Below are positions 1-10,067 of a stretch of DNA of 64,000 bases, one piece after another (the stretch's first letter is position 1; every line of letters begins with the position of its first letter). The notes under the pieces were generated by a model, which was not told the DNA's origin, made no database searches, and was given only the letters and a program-made list of their open reading frames with translations. Source of the stretch: a candidate division WOR-3 bacterium (GTDB lineage Bacteria; Hydrothermota; Tepidihabitantia; B3-TA06). Location: contig CBFGKC010000005.1 in assembly GCA_965649265.1 (NCBI GenBank), positions 96,001 to 160,000 on the forward strand, in the 5' to 3' direction. The position numbers and the translations under genes were made by a program.

Positions 1-1562
1 CCCCTGTTCACCATACGACCCATATTGTCTCTCGCATCCCACGTCTGTGTATATGTACCTCGAGGCCTGATTTCGCTGACCAGAGTTCTTACTTCTTCTC
101 CAAGCACATCGTAAATCCTGAGCCGAAAGATTCCGGAGGTGGCAACCTGGCAGGAGATAGTCACCGCCTCATTTGATATTGTGGGTGTGATCTCGAGCTT
201 TGCCATAGTCGGCGGCGCGCCCTCGGAAATACCTGGAAGTTCTATCGGACCCTTGGGGGTAAGATCCCTGCCCGAAAACGCAGGGTAGTCAGGAGCGTAT
301 CGCCGGACCTTGAAAACAGCATTGCTGGAAGGCACGGTTCCCTGTTTGATCGGACCCGTGGATATCACGGGGTTCACGTAACGCCACACCTCCTCGCCGT
401 CAGGAGTAACCTCAAATAAAGTTCCGGCATAACCCTCGCATACAAGAACATTACCGTTAGGCAGACGCTGCGCACCAGAAATGTATGGAGAGAAAAAATC
501 TCCGGGCTCAGGCGCAGTCCAGAACCAGCAAGGCTCTGTCGGACCGTACGGCAAAGCGCCCTGATAGTTGCCGCCCGTGTCCACAGGTGGCGTTATCTCG
601 TCCACCGATGAGTAGCTCCGGTTGAGATCCTCTCCGCCGTTATTGAATATCAAGATGTTACCGGTTCCGGGCACGCCCGGAGCGACCCACATGCCCGCGT
701 GTGGGTAGAATAACTTCTGGCTCTCCAGGGTCCCGTACCCGTAGTTCCGGGGATTGCCCCAGCGGTACAACAGGTCACCTCCATTGCCGTATCTGCCGCC
801 CGCATGACCCGAGGCCTCCTCGGTCGTAGTGCCGTGATCGATGACCCATATCTCGCTGTAAATCCGGCTGGTGAGCACTATCTGGTCGAACTCCTCATTG
901 TAGCCGATCGAGTTCACGTGCATAAAGTCCGCGAGTAGAGGATCTTCCGCGTTCAGGTTTATGAGTTCGGGATGAGCGTTTACGGTGCCGTAGTTTTTCC
1001 TGGTTGAATCGTAATCCTGAACCAGATGATCCCACGAATGCCACTGCCAGACTATATCACCCCCGGAGGGTCCGTTCGGCCTGACCTCGATGACGCTTTC
1101 GGGATACAGCTTCTTATTCATGATGTCCGGATTGGCGCCCGCCTCTATTGCCTGGATGGAATCCTTATTTTCAAGCACAATCATGAGAACGTTACCCGAA
1201 GGCAATACCGCTATATCGTGATGAGCAGGGGAGTATTCAAATCGCCACAACAGATTGCCCTCCCAGTCCAGCTTCTCAACGCCACCACTTCCGGTTGAAC
1301 CACCGGAAGTAATGGTGCGATAGAGACAGCCGTCCTCGGTAAGATAGGCCATGAATCCGGGTCTTAATTCGCTCTGCCAGGAATGGACCAGCAAACCTTC
1401 ATTGTTGATCAGATAGGTGGTCGTATATGACATGGGAGAAAAAAGGGTATAACCCTGGTATGAACCGGGATCGTTAATAAAAAGACCCACTGTCTGTTCG
1501 GCCGAGAGGGTCGTAACGGAGACGAGAATGACTGAGACAGCCATCGGGACATTCTTATACAT
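1..1562 (-). CDS. Arylsulfotransferase (ASST)-like secreted protein with C-terminal FlgD-Ig/T9SS-like domain; runs off the window edge
   Basis: Not in the ORF track; translated by hand as MYKNVPMAVSVILVSVTTLSAEQTVGLFINDPGSYQGYTLFSP...RIYDVLGEEVRTLV...WDARD. Collinear with the paralog at 1623-3311. Confidence 0.8.
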   Translation of the reverse strand, partial: MYKNVPMAVSVILVSVTTLSAEQTVGLFINDPGSYQGYTLFSPMSYTTTYLINNEGLLVHSWQSELRPGFMAYLTEDGCLYRTITSGGSTGSGGVEKLDWEGNLLWRFEYSPAHHDIAVLPSGNVLMIVLENKDSIQAIEAGANPDIMNKKLYPESVIEVRPNGPSGGDIVWQWHSWDHLVQDYDSTRKNYGTVNAHPELINLNAEDPLLADFMHVNSIGYNEEFDQIVLTSRIYSEIWVIDHGTTTEEASGHAGGRYGNGGDLLYRWGNPRNYGYGTLESQKLFYPHAGMWVAPGVPGTGNILIFNNGGEDLNRSYSSVDEITPPVDTGGNYQGALPYGPTEPCWFWTAPEPGDFFSPYISGAQRLPNGNVLVCEGYAGTLFEVTPDGEEVWRYVNPVISTGPIKQGTVPSSNAVFKVRRYAPDYPAFSGRDLTPKGPIELPGISEGAPPTMAKLEITPTISNEAVTISCQVATSGIFRLRIYDVLGEEVRTLVSEIRPRGTYTQTWDARDNMGRMVNR

Positions 1563-1622
1563 TCATCAATCCTGCAAGAAGTTTTTTACCTGTTGCTTTC
1601 GCCGAAGAACAAGGAACATTTC

Positions 1623-3311
1623 TTACCGGATAAGGACTACCCGCTCCTTCAGTGTAACCCCGGCGGTCTGGAGCCTGGCAAAGTATACACCTGAGCTTAA
1701 AACACGGCCGTGGTTGTCCGAACCGTCCCAGATTACATCGTGCGCGCCAGACTGCTCAATCCCGTCCACAAGCGTCTTAACCTCCTGGCCGAGAGAGTTA
1801 TAAAGCCTCAAGGACACCCTGCCGGGTTCGCCAAGCTGGTAGTGAATTAGGGCATTGTGCTTGACGAGGCCGGCATAAAGCTTGAATTCTGCAAGAGGTG
1901 CAGATTCAGGACTTACAATGCCAGGCACGGTGTCGTCGACCAGAAGCTCCACATGTTTACCGGGTTTAAGCACTTTGCCGTCAAAACCTTGAAAATCAGG
2001 GGCATAGCGCCGGATCTTGAAAACTGAATTTTGATAGATGGAATCACCCTGCCAGACAGGCCCGCTGTTGGTCACAGGATTGATGTAACGCCACACTAAA
2101 TCGCCTTCAGACGTAACTTCGAAGAATTCACCCACTGGAGCGTTGCAGATAAGCGTGTTCCCGTTAGGCATACGCTGGGCTCCACAGATATAGGAAACGA
2201 AGAAATCCGAGGGATTCGGTGCGGTATATGTCCACGTGAGGCTCGAGGGTCCCCACGGCAGGCTCCCCGTGTAATTGCCGTCTTCATCGACGGGTGGTGT
2301 AAACTCGTCTACCGAGGAGTAGGCTCTGTTATTCTGGGTCGAACCGTTGTTAAAGATGATTATGTTGCCGGCTCCGGGGCAGTTGGAATCAATCCAGTGT
2401 CCGTCGTGACCGCCGAAAAGCTTCTGATCGTTCGGATAACCGTGGTCATAATTGGCGGGGTTCCCCCAGCGATAGAGAATATCGCCGCCCTTTCCGTACT
2501 TTCCGCCAGAGTGGCCTTTGGCTTCCTCGGTAGTCGTGGAATGATCGATGACCCATACCTCGTTGTACATGGGGGTAGTCACGATAATCTGGTCCAGCTC
2601 CGCGTTGTATTTTACCGAATTTAGGTGAACGAAGTCGGAAAGGAGCATATTACGCGCGTTGATATCGATAAGTTCAGGGTGATCGGCGACCACAGCGTAG
2701 TTGTCGACTGTGGCATCGAAATGCTGCACGAGATGATCCCACGCATGCCACTCCCATACGATATCGCCGCTGTCGGCGCCGACGGGCTGGACTTCGATTA
2801 TGTGATCGGGGTATAACGACCTCCCACCCAGTTTGCCGTCATCGGCACCGGCCTGCAGGGCCTCTTTGAAGCTCTTGATTTCCCAGACAATAAGGAGAAC
2901 GTTTCCGGAAGGCAGAACCTCGAAGTCGTGGTGTGAGCAGTATTTATCGCCGGAACATTTATAATTCCATACCATGTTGCCGTCCCAGTCGAATTTTTGT
3001 ATCCCGCCTGTTGCTCCTCCCCCGTTCAGCACGGGATGCTTACCGAGCCATACCGACCGGTAAAGAGAACCGTCATTGGAAAGATAGGCTATGCCGCCGA
3101 GTCCGGGTGTATACTCGGATTCCCAGGAGCGAACCTGGCGACCGTCGTTGTTTATGAGATAGGTCTTGTACCAGTAAGCCGGTGAAAAGAGGGTGTAGCC
3201 CTGGAACGAGGCCGAATCGTTTAAAAACACGCCTACGGTCTGTTTCTTTCCGATTGCCGGAAGCGACGCGGCGAGGGTTATGACAAACATAGCAAGAATC
3301 TTTTTCTGCAT
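1623..3311 (-). CDS. Arylsulfotransferase (ASST)-like secreted protein with C-terminal FlgD-Ig/T9SS-like domain
   Basis: Signal peptide from MQKK (GGAG RBS); motifs SHHDF, HLNS, GDILYRWGNP, GAQRMPNGNTLI; C-terminal LYNSLGQEV..WDGSD..SSGVYF. Confidence 0.8.
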   Translation of the reverse strand: MQKKILAMFVITLAASLPAIGKKQTVGVFLNDSASFQGYTLFSPAYWYKTYLINNDGRQVRSWESEYTPGLGGIAYLSNDGSLYRSVWLGKHPVLNGGGATGGIQKFDWDGNMVWNYKCSGDKYCSHHDFEVLPSGNVLLIVWEIKSFKEALQAGADDGKLGGRSLYPDHIIEVQPVGADSGDIVWEWHAWDHLVQHFDATVDNYAVVADHPELIDINARNMLLSDFVHLNSVKYNAELDQIIVTTPMYNEVWVIDHSTTTEEAKGHSGGKYGKGGDILYRWGNPANYDHGYPNDQKLFGGHDGHWIDSNCPGAGNIIIFNNGSTQNNRAYSSVDEFTPPVDEDGNYTGSLPWGPSSLTWTYTAPNPSDFFVSYICGAQRMPNGNTLICNAPVGEFFEVTSEGDLVWRYINPVTNSGPVWQGDSIYQNSVFKIRRYAPDFQGFDGKVLKPGKHVELLVDDTVPGIVSPESAPLAEFKLYAGLVKHNALIHYQLGEPGRVSLRLYNSLGQEVKTLVDGIEQSGAHDVIWDGSDNHGRVLSSGVYFARLQTAGVTLKERVVLIR

Positions 3312-3436
3312 AACTGCTCCTTTGAGTTTCTTTCCCAAAAAACTATGTGGTCCACGCACATTTTCCAGCGTGAACCACTCCTGCCTTTTACGACCATCCT
3401 AGAATTGTGACCCTCATCAGAGAAAGGATACTGTAT

Positions 3437-3464
3437 AGTATAGTTTTCAAAAACCGGTTGTCAA
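3437..3464 (-). promoter_or_regulatory. sigma70-type promoter TTGACA-N16-TATACT
   Basis: Near-consensus hexamers upstream of the ASST pair. Confidence 0.6.
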
Positions 3465-3576
3465 TAGGCTCTACGCGAGATAATATCCTCTCCATGACTC
3501 CGAAAGCCGCGGAAGGCGGCTTGACAGCAGCCTTAACAATGTTATTATGATAAGGTAAATTGACTAAGAGGTCTAC

Positions 3577-4701
3577 ATGAAGAAGTTATTATCGGCGTTT
3601 GCAGGAATACTTGCAGTTCTCGCTTGCGGGCCCCAGGTTCCCGTTTCGATAGTATCGGTGGCGATATCCCCCCCCGGGGATACGACTTCCGTGACCTTGA
3701 CCGCGAAGATCGAGGCCGGCGGTCAGGGCAAGATAAGGGTTGAGTGGCTGAATGCCCGCTACGACTCGGTAAGCACGGCAAAGACCCAGGAGATAGCCGT
3801 GGACACCGAGGGTGTATACGAGTCAGACTTGTCATCCGGGCTCGGCTGGTACTGGGTTGACGTTTTCGACGAGAAGGACTCGCTTCTCTGGCACACGGAC
3901 AGTGTCTTTTGCGGCCCGGACAGTTCACTGCCAAAGATCGATTTTTCTGTGGATGCGGACTCGGGCTCTAAGCCTCTGGTCGTGACCTTCACCAACAACA
4001 CCTCAAAGGATGCCTATACTCGATGGCTTTGGGGTTTTGGGGACGGCGGCACGTCCGAAGAATGGGAGCCCGTGCATTCATACGACGACGCGGGCACGTT
4101 CTGGGCAAAACTGACCGTCCACACCCTTGCCGGTTCGTCGAGTGACTCCGTTTCCATCAAGGTCATCGAACCTCTGGCCGTTAATTCGGTGGAGATTACA
4201 CCCCCGGGAAGCCCATCCAAGACAACGCTTACGGCATCTATCCACGCAGGCGGTCAGGGCAAGATAAAGGTCGAGTGGCTGAACGCCTGCTATGATTCGG
4301 TGAGCACGGCAAAAACCCAGGAGATAGTGGTGGACACCGAGGGTGTTTATGAATCGACCCTTGCCTCCGATCTCGGCTGGTACTGGGTAGACGTTCTCGA
4401 TGAAAAGAATTCGCTTCTCTGGCACACGGATTCGGTCTTCTGCGGCCCGGATACTTCACTGCCGGTTCCCGCTTTCTCGCCGGACTGGTCGTACGGGCCG
4501 CGCCCTCTGACCGTCACTTTTTTCATCGAAGCCGATTCGAATGCTTATACGAAAGCCTACTGGGATTTTGCCGACGGCGCGACCTCTACCGCCTGGGAAC
4601 CGGTGCACACTTACGAGGACGCGGGGCAATTCTACGTGATTCTCGTGCTCCGCAATCTGGCGGGTTCCGCCAAGGATTCGACCCTCATCATGGTCTGGTA
4701 G
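3577..4701 (+). CDS. PKD-domain lipoprotein built from a tandem duplication of about 180 aa
   Basis: Lipobox LAC; two copies of GGQGKIxVEWLNA..GWYWVDV..SVFCGPD, each followed by a PKD domain (WGFGDG / WDFADG). Confidence 0.8.
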   Translation: MKKLLSAFAGILAVLACGPQVPVSIVSVAISPPGDTTSVTLTAKIEAGGQGKIRVEWLNARYDSVSTAKTQEIAVDTEGVYESDLSSGLGWYWVDVFDEKDSLLWHTDSVFCGPDSSLPKIDFSVDADSGSKPLVVTFTNNTSKDAYTRWLWGFGDGGTSEEWEPVHSYDDAGTFWAKLTVHTLAGSSSDSVSIKVIEPLAVNSVEITPPGSPSKTTLTASIHAGGQGKIKVEWLNACYDSVSTAKTQEIVVDTEGVYESTLASDLGWYWVDVLDEKNSLLWHTDSVFCGPDTSLPVPAFSPDWSYGPRPLTVTFFIEADSNAYTKAYWDFADGATSTAWEPVHTYEDAGQFYVILVLRNLAGSAKDSTLIMVW

Positions 4702-4810
4702 AGGAATCCGGGAAAAAATCCTTGTCTTTACGTGGAAACCCTCTCCCGATAACGGCGATTGCGCCTGCAGCACTTTTTGGAGTTATTCGGGAAACCACGA
4801 GCGCTCGCGC

Positions 4811-5548
4811 TCACTCCCCGGACCGGGCCTCGAGCCTGGCAACCATCCCCCTCCCCCATCGCTCTAGCAATCCGATGTAGTAGGAAGGACGGGCGGTAAG
4901 ATCGTCCGTGAGCTTGTGCCAGTCGCGGGCAACCCGGACGACCTCCTTATCGACGGTATCATCGAGATAGTCGAGGATTCCGCTCTTAGTCGGAATGAAC
5001 TTCTCCTGAGTGAGGAGAATCCAAGACTCGAGCGCGTAAAAACAGTTCTTGAAATGATACTTGAGCTTTAGAACGACCTTTGCCAGATCGTGCGGGAATA
5101 GAAGGTAGTGCCGGGCGGCAAGCAGATTGTCCGAAGCCTTGAGTTCGATGTCACTGATGAGGTCCTGGGCGCGAGGTGGTTCAATGATTCCATCAATGGA
5201 GCCGTAAAGCTCTTTTCTTCCGTGGAAGAACTGGACCGTGTGGAAGCGGGGGGTGCGCCTGAGTTCGGATACGGAGAGGAGAAGACCGGATGCGAGCGCC
5301 TGCGCATCCGGCATGGTGGAGACGATATTGCGAAAAGCGGTGATATCATCCGCCTCCACCTTGTCGAGGACGACCGTCGTGTCTATGTCGCTTTCAGGCC
5401 TCGCCTCGCCCCTGGCCCAGCTGCCGTGGTGCCCTACCCAGACGAGACGTTCTCCGAAGGTCTTCTTGAGTTTCGCCAGGAAATCGCCGAGCCATGCGTC
5501 GACCTGCGGTTGATCCATCGCCGGTTTTGAATCGGGTTGAATGTTCAT
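4811..5548 (-). CDS. Pol-beta-superfamily nucleotidyltransferase domain protein
   Basis: GSWARGEARPESDID motif followed by a helical C-terminal region. Confidence 0.75.
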   Translation of the reverse strand: MNIQPDSKPAMDQPQVDAWLGDFLAKLKKTFGERLVWVGHHGSWARGEARPESDIDTTVVLDKVEADDITAFRNIVSTMPDAQALASGLLLSVSELRRTPRFHTVQFFHGRKELYGSIDGIIEPPRAQDLISDIELKASDNLLAARHYLLFPHDLAKVVLKLKYHFKNCFYALESWILLTQEKFIPTKSGILDYLDDTVDKEVVRVARDWHKLTDDLTARPSYYIGLLERWGRGMVARLEARSGE

Positions 5549-5937
5549 TTACTTTTATTCGAACCGAAATAGCCTATGGAGAATACAGTTGCGAGGATTG
5601 CCTGCATTACCCACGAGAGAATCATCTTTGAGGCAGGGATTAGCCCGGCGAGGACTGCGTATACGTTTGCTGCGGCTATGCCTGCGATTACGAGGATCGT
5701 GAGGAGGGCGACGCCCTTGCGTTCCACCGGCTTGACGCACGCCCAGACGAGAAGGATGGTCCAGCCCAGCATGAGCGCTGCGCCCATCATCATCGCGTAG
5801 CGGTACGTTGAGCTGAAGTCGGCAAATCCCCACAGGATACGTGCAAGCTCAGGGATGAGCATTACGGGTACCATCACGGCATCGACAACGGCGCCGAGGA
5901 TGAATGCGGCACGCAGCCATTTCTTTGAGTTCTTCAT
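5545..5937 (-). CDS. Four-TM membrane protein, function unknown
   Basis: Four hydrophobic segments; ATGA overlap with the next gene. Confidence 0.7.
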   Translation of the reverse strand: MKNSKKWLRAAFILGAVVDAVMVPVMLIPELARILWGFADFSSTYRYAMMMGAALMLGWTILLVWACVKPVERKGVALLTILVIAGIAAANVYAVLAGLIPASKMILSWVMQAILATVFSIGYFGSNKSK

Positions 5938-5947
5938 AGACGACCTC

Positions 5948-6451
5948 CTAGCAGGCGCGTTCTTTTTTATTTTCGACCATCGCCCTCAGCGCCTGTATGC
6001 GACCGATGTGGAGCGCCGTATGGTTGGTCGTGATGAAAAGCCAGTGCGCGACGGAGAGCCCGTCTTCGGACGTTTTGGGGATGGTCGCAAAGTCCTCTTC
6101 GGAGAGGGAGTCTATGAATTCGTGGCTCTTCGCGCGAACCTCTCTAGTCCACTCGATGACCTTTTCGACCGGGTCCACCCATTTATGAAGATGCTCGGCC
6201 GGGCACCACTCGGTGCCGAACACCTCGTAGCGGGGTGGAATCAACTCCCCCTCCTCGCCCGCGAGGAAGCGGCCGATATGGTAGCGCTCCCTGTGTGCGA
6301 TGTGACCGACCTGCCAGATGATGGGAAGCGAGTACTCGGACGGCACCCAGAAGAGTTCTTCTTCTGAAAGTCCATCGATTTCACGCACGGGATCGGCGTA
6401 CCAGAAGCCCTTTCCGTAAAGGAAACGGGCCAACTCTTTCCACTCTGACAT
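5948..6451 (-). CDS. DinB family protein
   Basis: WQVGHIAHRE and HTALHIGRI His triad. Confidence 0.8.
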   Translation of the reverse strand: MSEWKELARFLYGKGFWYADPVREIDGLSEEELFWVPSEYSLPIIWQVGHIAHRERYHIGRFLAGEEGELIPPRYEVFGTEWCPAEHLHKWVDPVEKVIEWTREVRAKSHEFIDSLSEEDFATIPKTSEDGLSVAHWLFITTNHTALHIGRIQALRAMVENKKERAC

Positions 6452-6453
6452 TT

Positions 6454-7176
6454 CTACTCCTCCTTGTTGTTCTTGACGAAATACGTTAACATCACGCGCT
6501 CGTCATCGGCGCGTTCAATTATGAAAGCCTGCATGAGAATCTTCTCGAAAGCCGCCCTGGGACAAAGGATATGCGGCCGACCCAGGTACTCCTCGAGTTT
6601 GAGCATGATGGGATAATGAGGGTGCCCGGGATTGGGGATGTCCATTACGACTCGTGCCCTGGGTTTTAGAACCCTTGAGAGTTCGCGAAGCGCGCGTTCG
6701 ATGTAGTCGAGGGGCATGTATTCGAATACGCCTATGACGCAGGCGATGTCGAAGAAATCCGCCTCGAAAGGAAGCGCGGAGAGCTCGGCGACCTCGAGCG
6801 CGCCCACACGGATACGGTTGCGATCCGCGAAAGCTTTCATTGCTGCGATAAGGCGGGGGCTGATGTCTGCTCCATGATACAGGGACGGCCATTTATCGAG
6901 TCGGTAGTTGGCAAGGTTCGCGCAGCATCCGGCATCAAGAAACCGCATCCCGGCCGAAGGGGAGAGGTATTCTTTGATTCTGGGATCGGCGCTGTTGCAC
7001 CCGGCAGGGGTGTTGATGAACTCTTTGAATTCGGGCGAGTTTTTGAAATCATCGGGTACTTTTGCTAAAGGGTCCTGGCCCCTCTCGTACTGCTCGACCG
7101 TCAGGTCGTATGCACCCCGAATGCGCTCGAGCACCTCGTTCACGATTTTTTGACTGGAATTGCCTTGCTCGGACAT
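6454..7176 (-). CDS. Class I SAM-dependent methyltransferase
   Basis: FLDAGC, LPFEADFFD and RVLKP motifs. Confidence 0.8.
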   Translation of the reverse strand: MSEQGNSSQKIVNEVLERIRGAYDLTVEQYERGQDPLAKVPDDFKNSPEFKEFINTPAGCNSADPRIKEYLSPSAGMRFLDAGCCANLANYRLDKWPSLYHGADISPRLIAAMKAFADRNRIRVGALEVAELSALPFEADFFDIACVIGVFEYMPLDYIERALRELSRVLKPRARVVMDIPNPGHPHYPIMLKLEEYLGRPHILCPRAAFEKILMQAFIIERADDERVMLTYFVKNNKEE

Positions 7177-7209
7177 CTCGCCCGCTTCATGGGAAAAACC
7201 TCATCCGGC

Positions 7210-7602
7210 TCATTCGACCAGCCCTTTAACAAGGGCATCATGAACGGCAGCCAGATACGCCTTGGAGGTTATTGTCGCTCCGGTTATGACGTCCACGTCA
7301 AGGGTTTGACGGGCTGCGACCGTATCCAGAATCGCCCTGCCCTTCCTGGAATACTCGTTTCCGGAAAAGGCCTTCACTATTCTGATTTTCTTTATCGAAT
7401 GATTCTCGACTGCCACTTCCACCGTGTAAGGCATTACACCGACGGGGTGCGAACCCTGGTAGGTTCCGTCCGAAACCTTGCTCAAATCGACGTCGGCAAT
7501 CGTCATCGCCTGGGTTTTCTTTACCTCCTTCTCGGTTCCGCAGCCGCAAGCCAGAAGCGCAAAACCCAGGGTGGATAAAAGGATGGATGCTATTCTGTTC
7601 AT
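7210..7602 (-). CDS. FMN-binding lipoprotein (flavinylation motif)
   Basis: Lipobox; DGTYQG and DVITGATITS. Confidence 0.8.
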   Translation of the reverse strand: MNRIASILLSTLGFALLACGCGTEKEVKKTQAMTIADVDLSKVSDGTYQGSHPVGVMPYTVEVAVENHSIKKIRIVKAFSGNEYSRKGRAILDTVAARQTLDVDVITGATITSKAYLAAVHDALVKGLVE

Positions 7603-7603
7603 T

Positions 7604-8116
7604 TTAACCTCCGGTAAGTTTGTTGATTAGTTCGGCATGTCCGGGATAGAGTTCCGTGAGACGATCCCGGTCCCCAGGCTCGTATTCCGAGTAGTCGAAC
7701 CCCGGAGCCATGGTCGTGCCGAGAAGGGCGAAACGGCCCCCCGGAGAGAGGATGGCTCCCTGCCAGGTTCCTCCGGGAACGACGACCTGCGGTCGCTGAC
7801 CGGACTCCAGATCGGTACCCAGTATTATTATCCGGGACGTTCCGTCGGGATGAAGCTCCAGCTGCGTGACCGGATCACCAAGGTAGAAATGGAATATCTC
7901 GTCGGTGGGCAGGCGGTGAAGTCCGGAACGCTGGTCGGGCGTGAGAAGGTAGTATATGGCCGAGCCGAAATGTTTATCAGATTTATATCTGGGGGGGAGG
8001 GCCTCCCGCGGGATAATCTCGGTGGAGCGGTATGACTGGCAGAAGTACCCGCCCTCCACCTCGAGGGGCTCAAGACCCAGGATGCGGATTATCTCCCCGG
8101 CCGTCAGCTCAGGCAT
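7604..8116 (-). CDS. Cupin_5 (DUF985-like) protein
   Basis: EGGYF, SAIYYLL, DEIFHFYLG, PQVVVPGGTWQ and MAPGF motifs. Confidence 0.85.
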   Translation of the reverse strand: MPELTAGEIIRILGLEPLEVEGGYFCQSYRSTEIIPREALPPRYKSDKHFGSAIYYLLTPDQRSGLHRLPTDEIFHFYLGDPVTQLELHPDGTSRIIILGTDLESGQRPQVVVPGGTWQGAILSPGGRFALLGTTMAPGFDYSEYEPGDRDRLTELYPGHAELINKLTGG

Positions 8117-8539
8117 CTATTTCAAGCCCTCCCTGAGGGCGTTTTCTATACATTTGAGGTAAGCCTTGGACGTGGTGGTGGCGCCCGTGATGACGTCCAC
8201 ATCGAGCGACTGGCGGGCGATGACGGTATCGATTACGGCCTGAGCCCTCACGGAGTAAGGAGTTCCCGTGAACGCCTTGATTATGTCTATTTTCTCTATC
8301 TTGTGATCCTTGACGAGGACCTGGACAAGGAAATCGGAGCCGCCGTACGAATATGCTCCCTGGTAGGAGCCGTCCTTGACCGATGCAAGATCGACGGATC
8401 CTATCGGCATCTGACGGGTTTTCTTGAGTTCCTCCCTCATCTTGCATCCTGCCAGTCCCAGTATGGAGAGCGCGAGGAAGGCTGCAAGGATCCTTTTCAA
8501 CGTATTCCTCCTTTTCGATATCTTCAGTACCGATACCAT
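8117..8539 (-). CDS. FMN-binding lipoprotein (flavinylation motif), paralog of 7210-7602
   Basis: LAGC lipobox; DGSYQG and DVITGATTTS. True start is probably downstream of the ORF-track start. Confidence 0.8.
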   Translation of the reverse strand: MVSVLKISKRRNTLKRILAAFLALSILGLAGCKMREELKKTRQMPIGSVDLASVKDGSYQGAYSYGGSDFLVQVLVKDHKIEKIDIIKAFTGTPYSVRAQAVIDTVIARQSLDVDVITGATTTSKAYLKCIENALREGLK

Positions 8540-8583
8540 TTCCTTAAAATGACGCGTCCCGGGGCGTAAAGTTTCCGGTTTTT

Positions 8584-9261
8584 TTAGATTTTTGCAAGCA
8601 CCCGCTCGGCGAGCACGTGACGCCTGATGCTGTATTTGTCAGAGGATGCTTTCCTCTTAAGCGATTTTTCGAGCAGGGGGGCCGCGTATTTTATCTCGGC
8701 AAGTGCCTGGGGGATATCGATTTCTGAGAGCGCGAGGACGGTATAGTAGAGAGGAAACCTGCGCCATTTGCCGTCACCCAGGCGAAGCATCTTGAGAGTT
8801 TTTACCCCACGCTCTAGAAGCTTCTCTCCCTCTTTAAGGGTACCGGCTGCGGCATTGCGCCAGAGGGAGGAGGTGCAGAAACCGCAGCAGTAAAACCCGG
8901 ACTTGTGGGTTTCTTCGTCAAACCTTGCCTGGATGCCCGCTGTCGCTTCGTCAAACGCCTTCCGGACTTCTTTATCGCTGACCTTTAAGATGTTGAGTAT
9001 TCTTGACGCCTCCTCCCCGAGTATATGCGACGTGGCCGCCCCGGACCTCACACGTTCGCCGGTGAAGACCTTTATGCCCGCGTCAAGGTCTTTCTCTGTC
9101 GGCGCGAACATGTTCGCATACGAACCGTACAAACCGTGACGCGATGCGACGAACCTGGCGACTTCAAGCTTGTCTTCGCTTGAGATGACCCGCTCTTCAA
9201 AAAAAGCGTCATTCACCGCATCAAGCGTGAAAGCCAGACTTTCTTTTTTAACAAGACCCAT
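8584..9261 (-). CDS. Hypothetical protein with YCCGFC motif
   Basis: 225-aa ORF with its own TTGACA-N16-GATAAT promoter upstream. Confidence 0.7.
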   Translation of the reverse strand: MGLVKKESLAFTLDAVNDAFFEERVISSEDKLEVARFVASRHGLYGSYANMFAPTEKDLDAGIKVFTGERVRSGAATSHILGEEASRILNILKVSDKEVRKAFDEATAGIQARFDEETHKSGFYCCGFCTSSLWRNAAAGTLKEGEKLLERGVKTLKMLRLGDGKWRRFPLYYTVLALSEIDIPQALAEIKYAAPLLEKSLKRKASSDKYSIRRHVLAERVLAKI

Positions 9262-9589
9262 AATGCCACTCCAGTTTACATTGCTACAAGTAATATTATC
9301 TCTGGATAAAGCGTTTTGTCAACAACAAAAGATTGATTAAGATCTTTTCAGGCAATCTTTTTGCGCGTCTTCAATTTGTCTTTTGATTTCTCTCGCTGGA
9401 TTCCAGGTCTCGTATCGTCCAGAATCCATCCGAAAGCCCTGACTTCCTGACCTGGACCAAGCTCACCGCATCTGGGAGCTAAAACCACATACGCCTTAGT
9501 TAAAGGCCCTTTTTTGGAACCTCCAGGAAGAAAAAGAGAAAAAAAAGCCTTTCGCGCGCCCCACTGCCACTCCATCTTGGACCTGCCTT

Positions 9590-9607
9590 ATGTTAATTTT
9601 TGAACAA
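9590..9607. promoter_or_regulatory. Rex-like palindromic operator ATGTTAA-N4-TGAACAA
   Basis: Two mismatches to TTGTTAA-N4-TTAACAA; lies just downstream of the promoter at 9643-9670. Confidence 0.35.
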
Positions 9608-9642
9608 AATCCCTCTTTTTACAACTACCTGTATTAAATCTT

Positions 9643-9670
9643 ATTATAGGACATTTTGAAAGGGCGTCAA
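9643..9670 (-). promoter_or_regulatory. sigma70-type promoter TTGACG-N16-TATAAT
   Basis: Near-consensus hexamers. Confidence 0.6.
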
Positions 9671-9841
9671 GCAGAAATATTTTTTTAGCATTCGGTACAC
9701 GTTATGGGTTTTCTCCACAATTAAGATCCTCCACACCCGCTTTTTCGCGAGAGATCCCATGCAATTTTGCCTCTGAAAGGAGCTAATTACAATCCCGGAT
9801 CTCTCGTAACAAACGACCGCAGGTAGCTTAAGCTACTTTTT

Positions 9842-10003
9842 TTAATCTTCGGGTGAGAATTCGTCCTTTGAAGCCCCGCAAACCGGACAGGTCCAGTCCG
9901 CTGGAAGCTCCTCAAATGAGGTTCCGGCAGGTATATCGTTATCGGGATCACCCTCGGCGGGGTCGTACACGTACCCGCAAACGTTACAGACGTATCGTTT
10001 CAT
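9842..10003 (-). CDS. Rubredoxin (53 aa)
   Basis: Missing from the ORF track. [53 protein letters not shown] with two CxxCG motifs and an AAGGAG RBS. Confidence 0.95.
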   Translation of the reverse strand: MKRYVCNVCGYVYDPAEGDPDNDIPAGTSFEELPADWTCPVCGASKDEFSPED

Positions 10004-10067
10004 ATTTAACTCCTTTTTTTAACAGACTTGCGTTTTACTTAACGCAAGTCTGGATTTGCTCAGAATA

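Noticed and set aside
9348-9575. 75-aa ORF, or SRP/riboswitch RNA
   Set aside because: No RBS or protein motif, and no match to the SRP domain IV or riboswitch cores I can recognise; kept only as an sRNA candidate.
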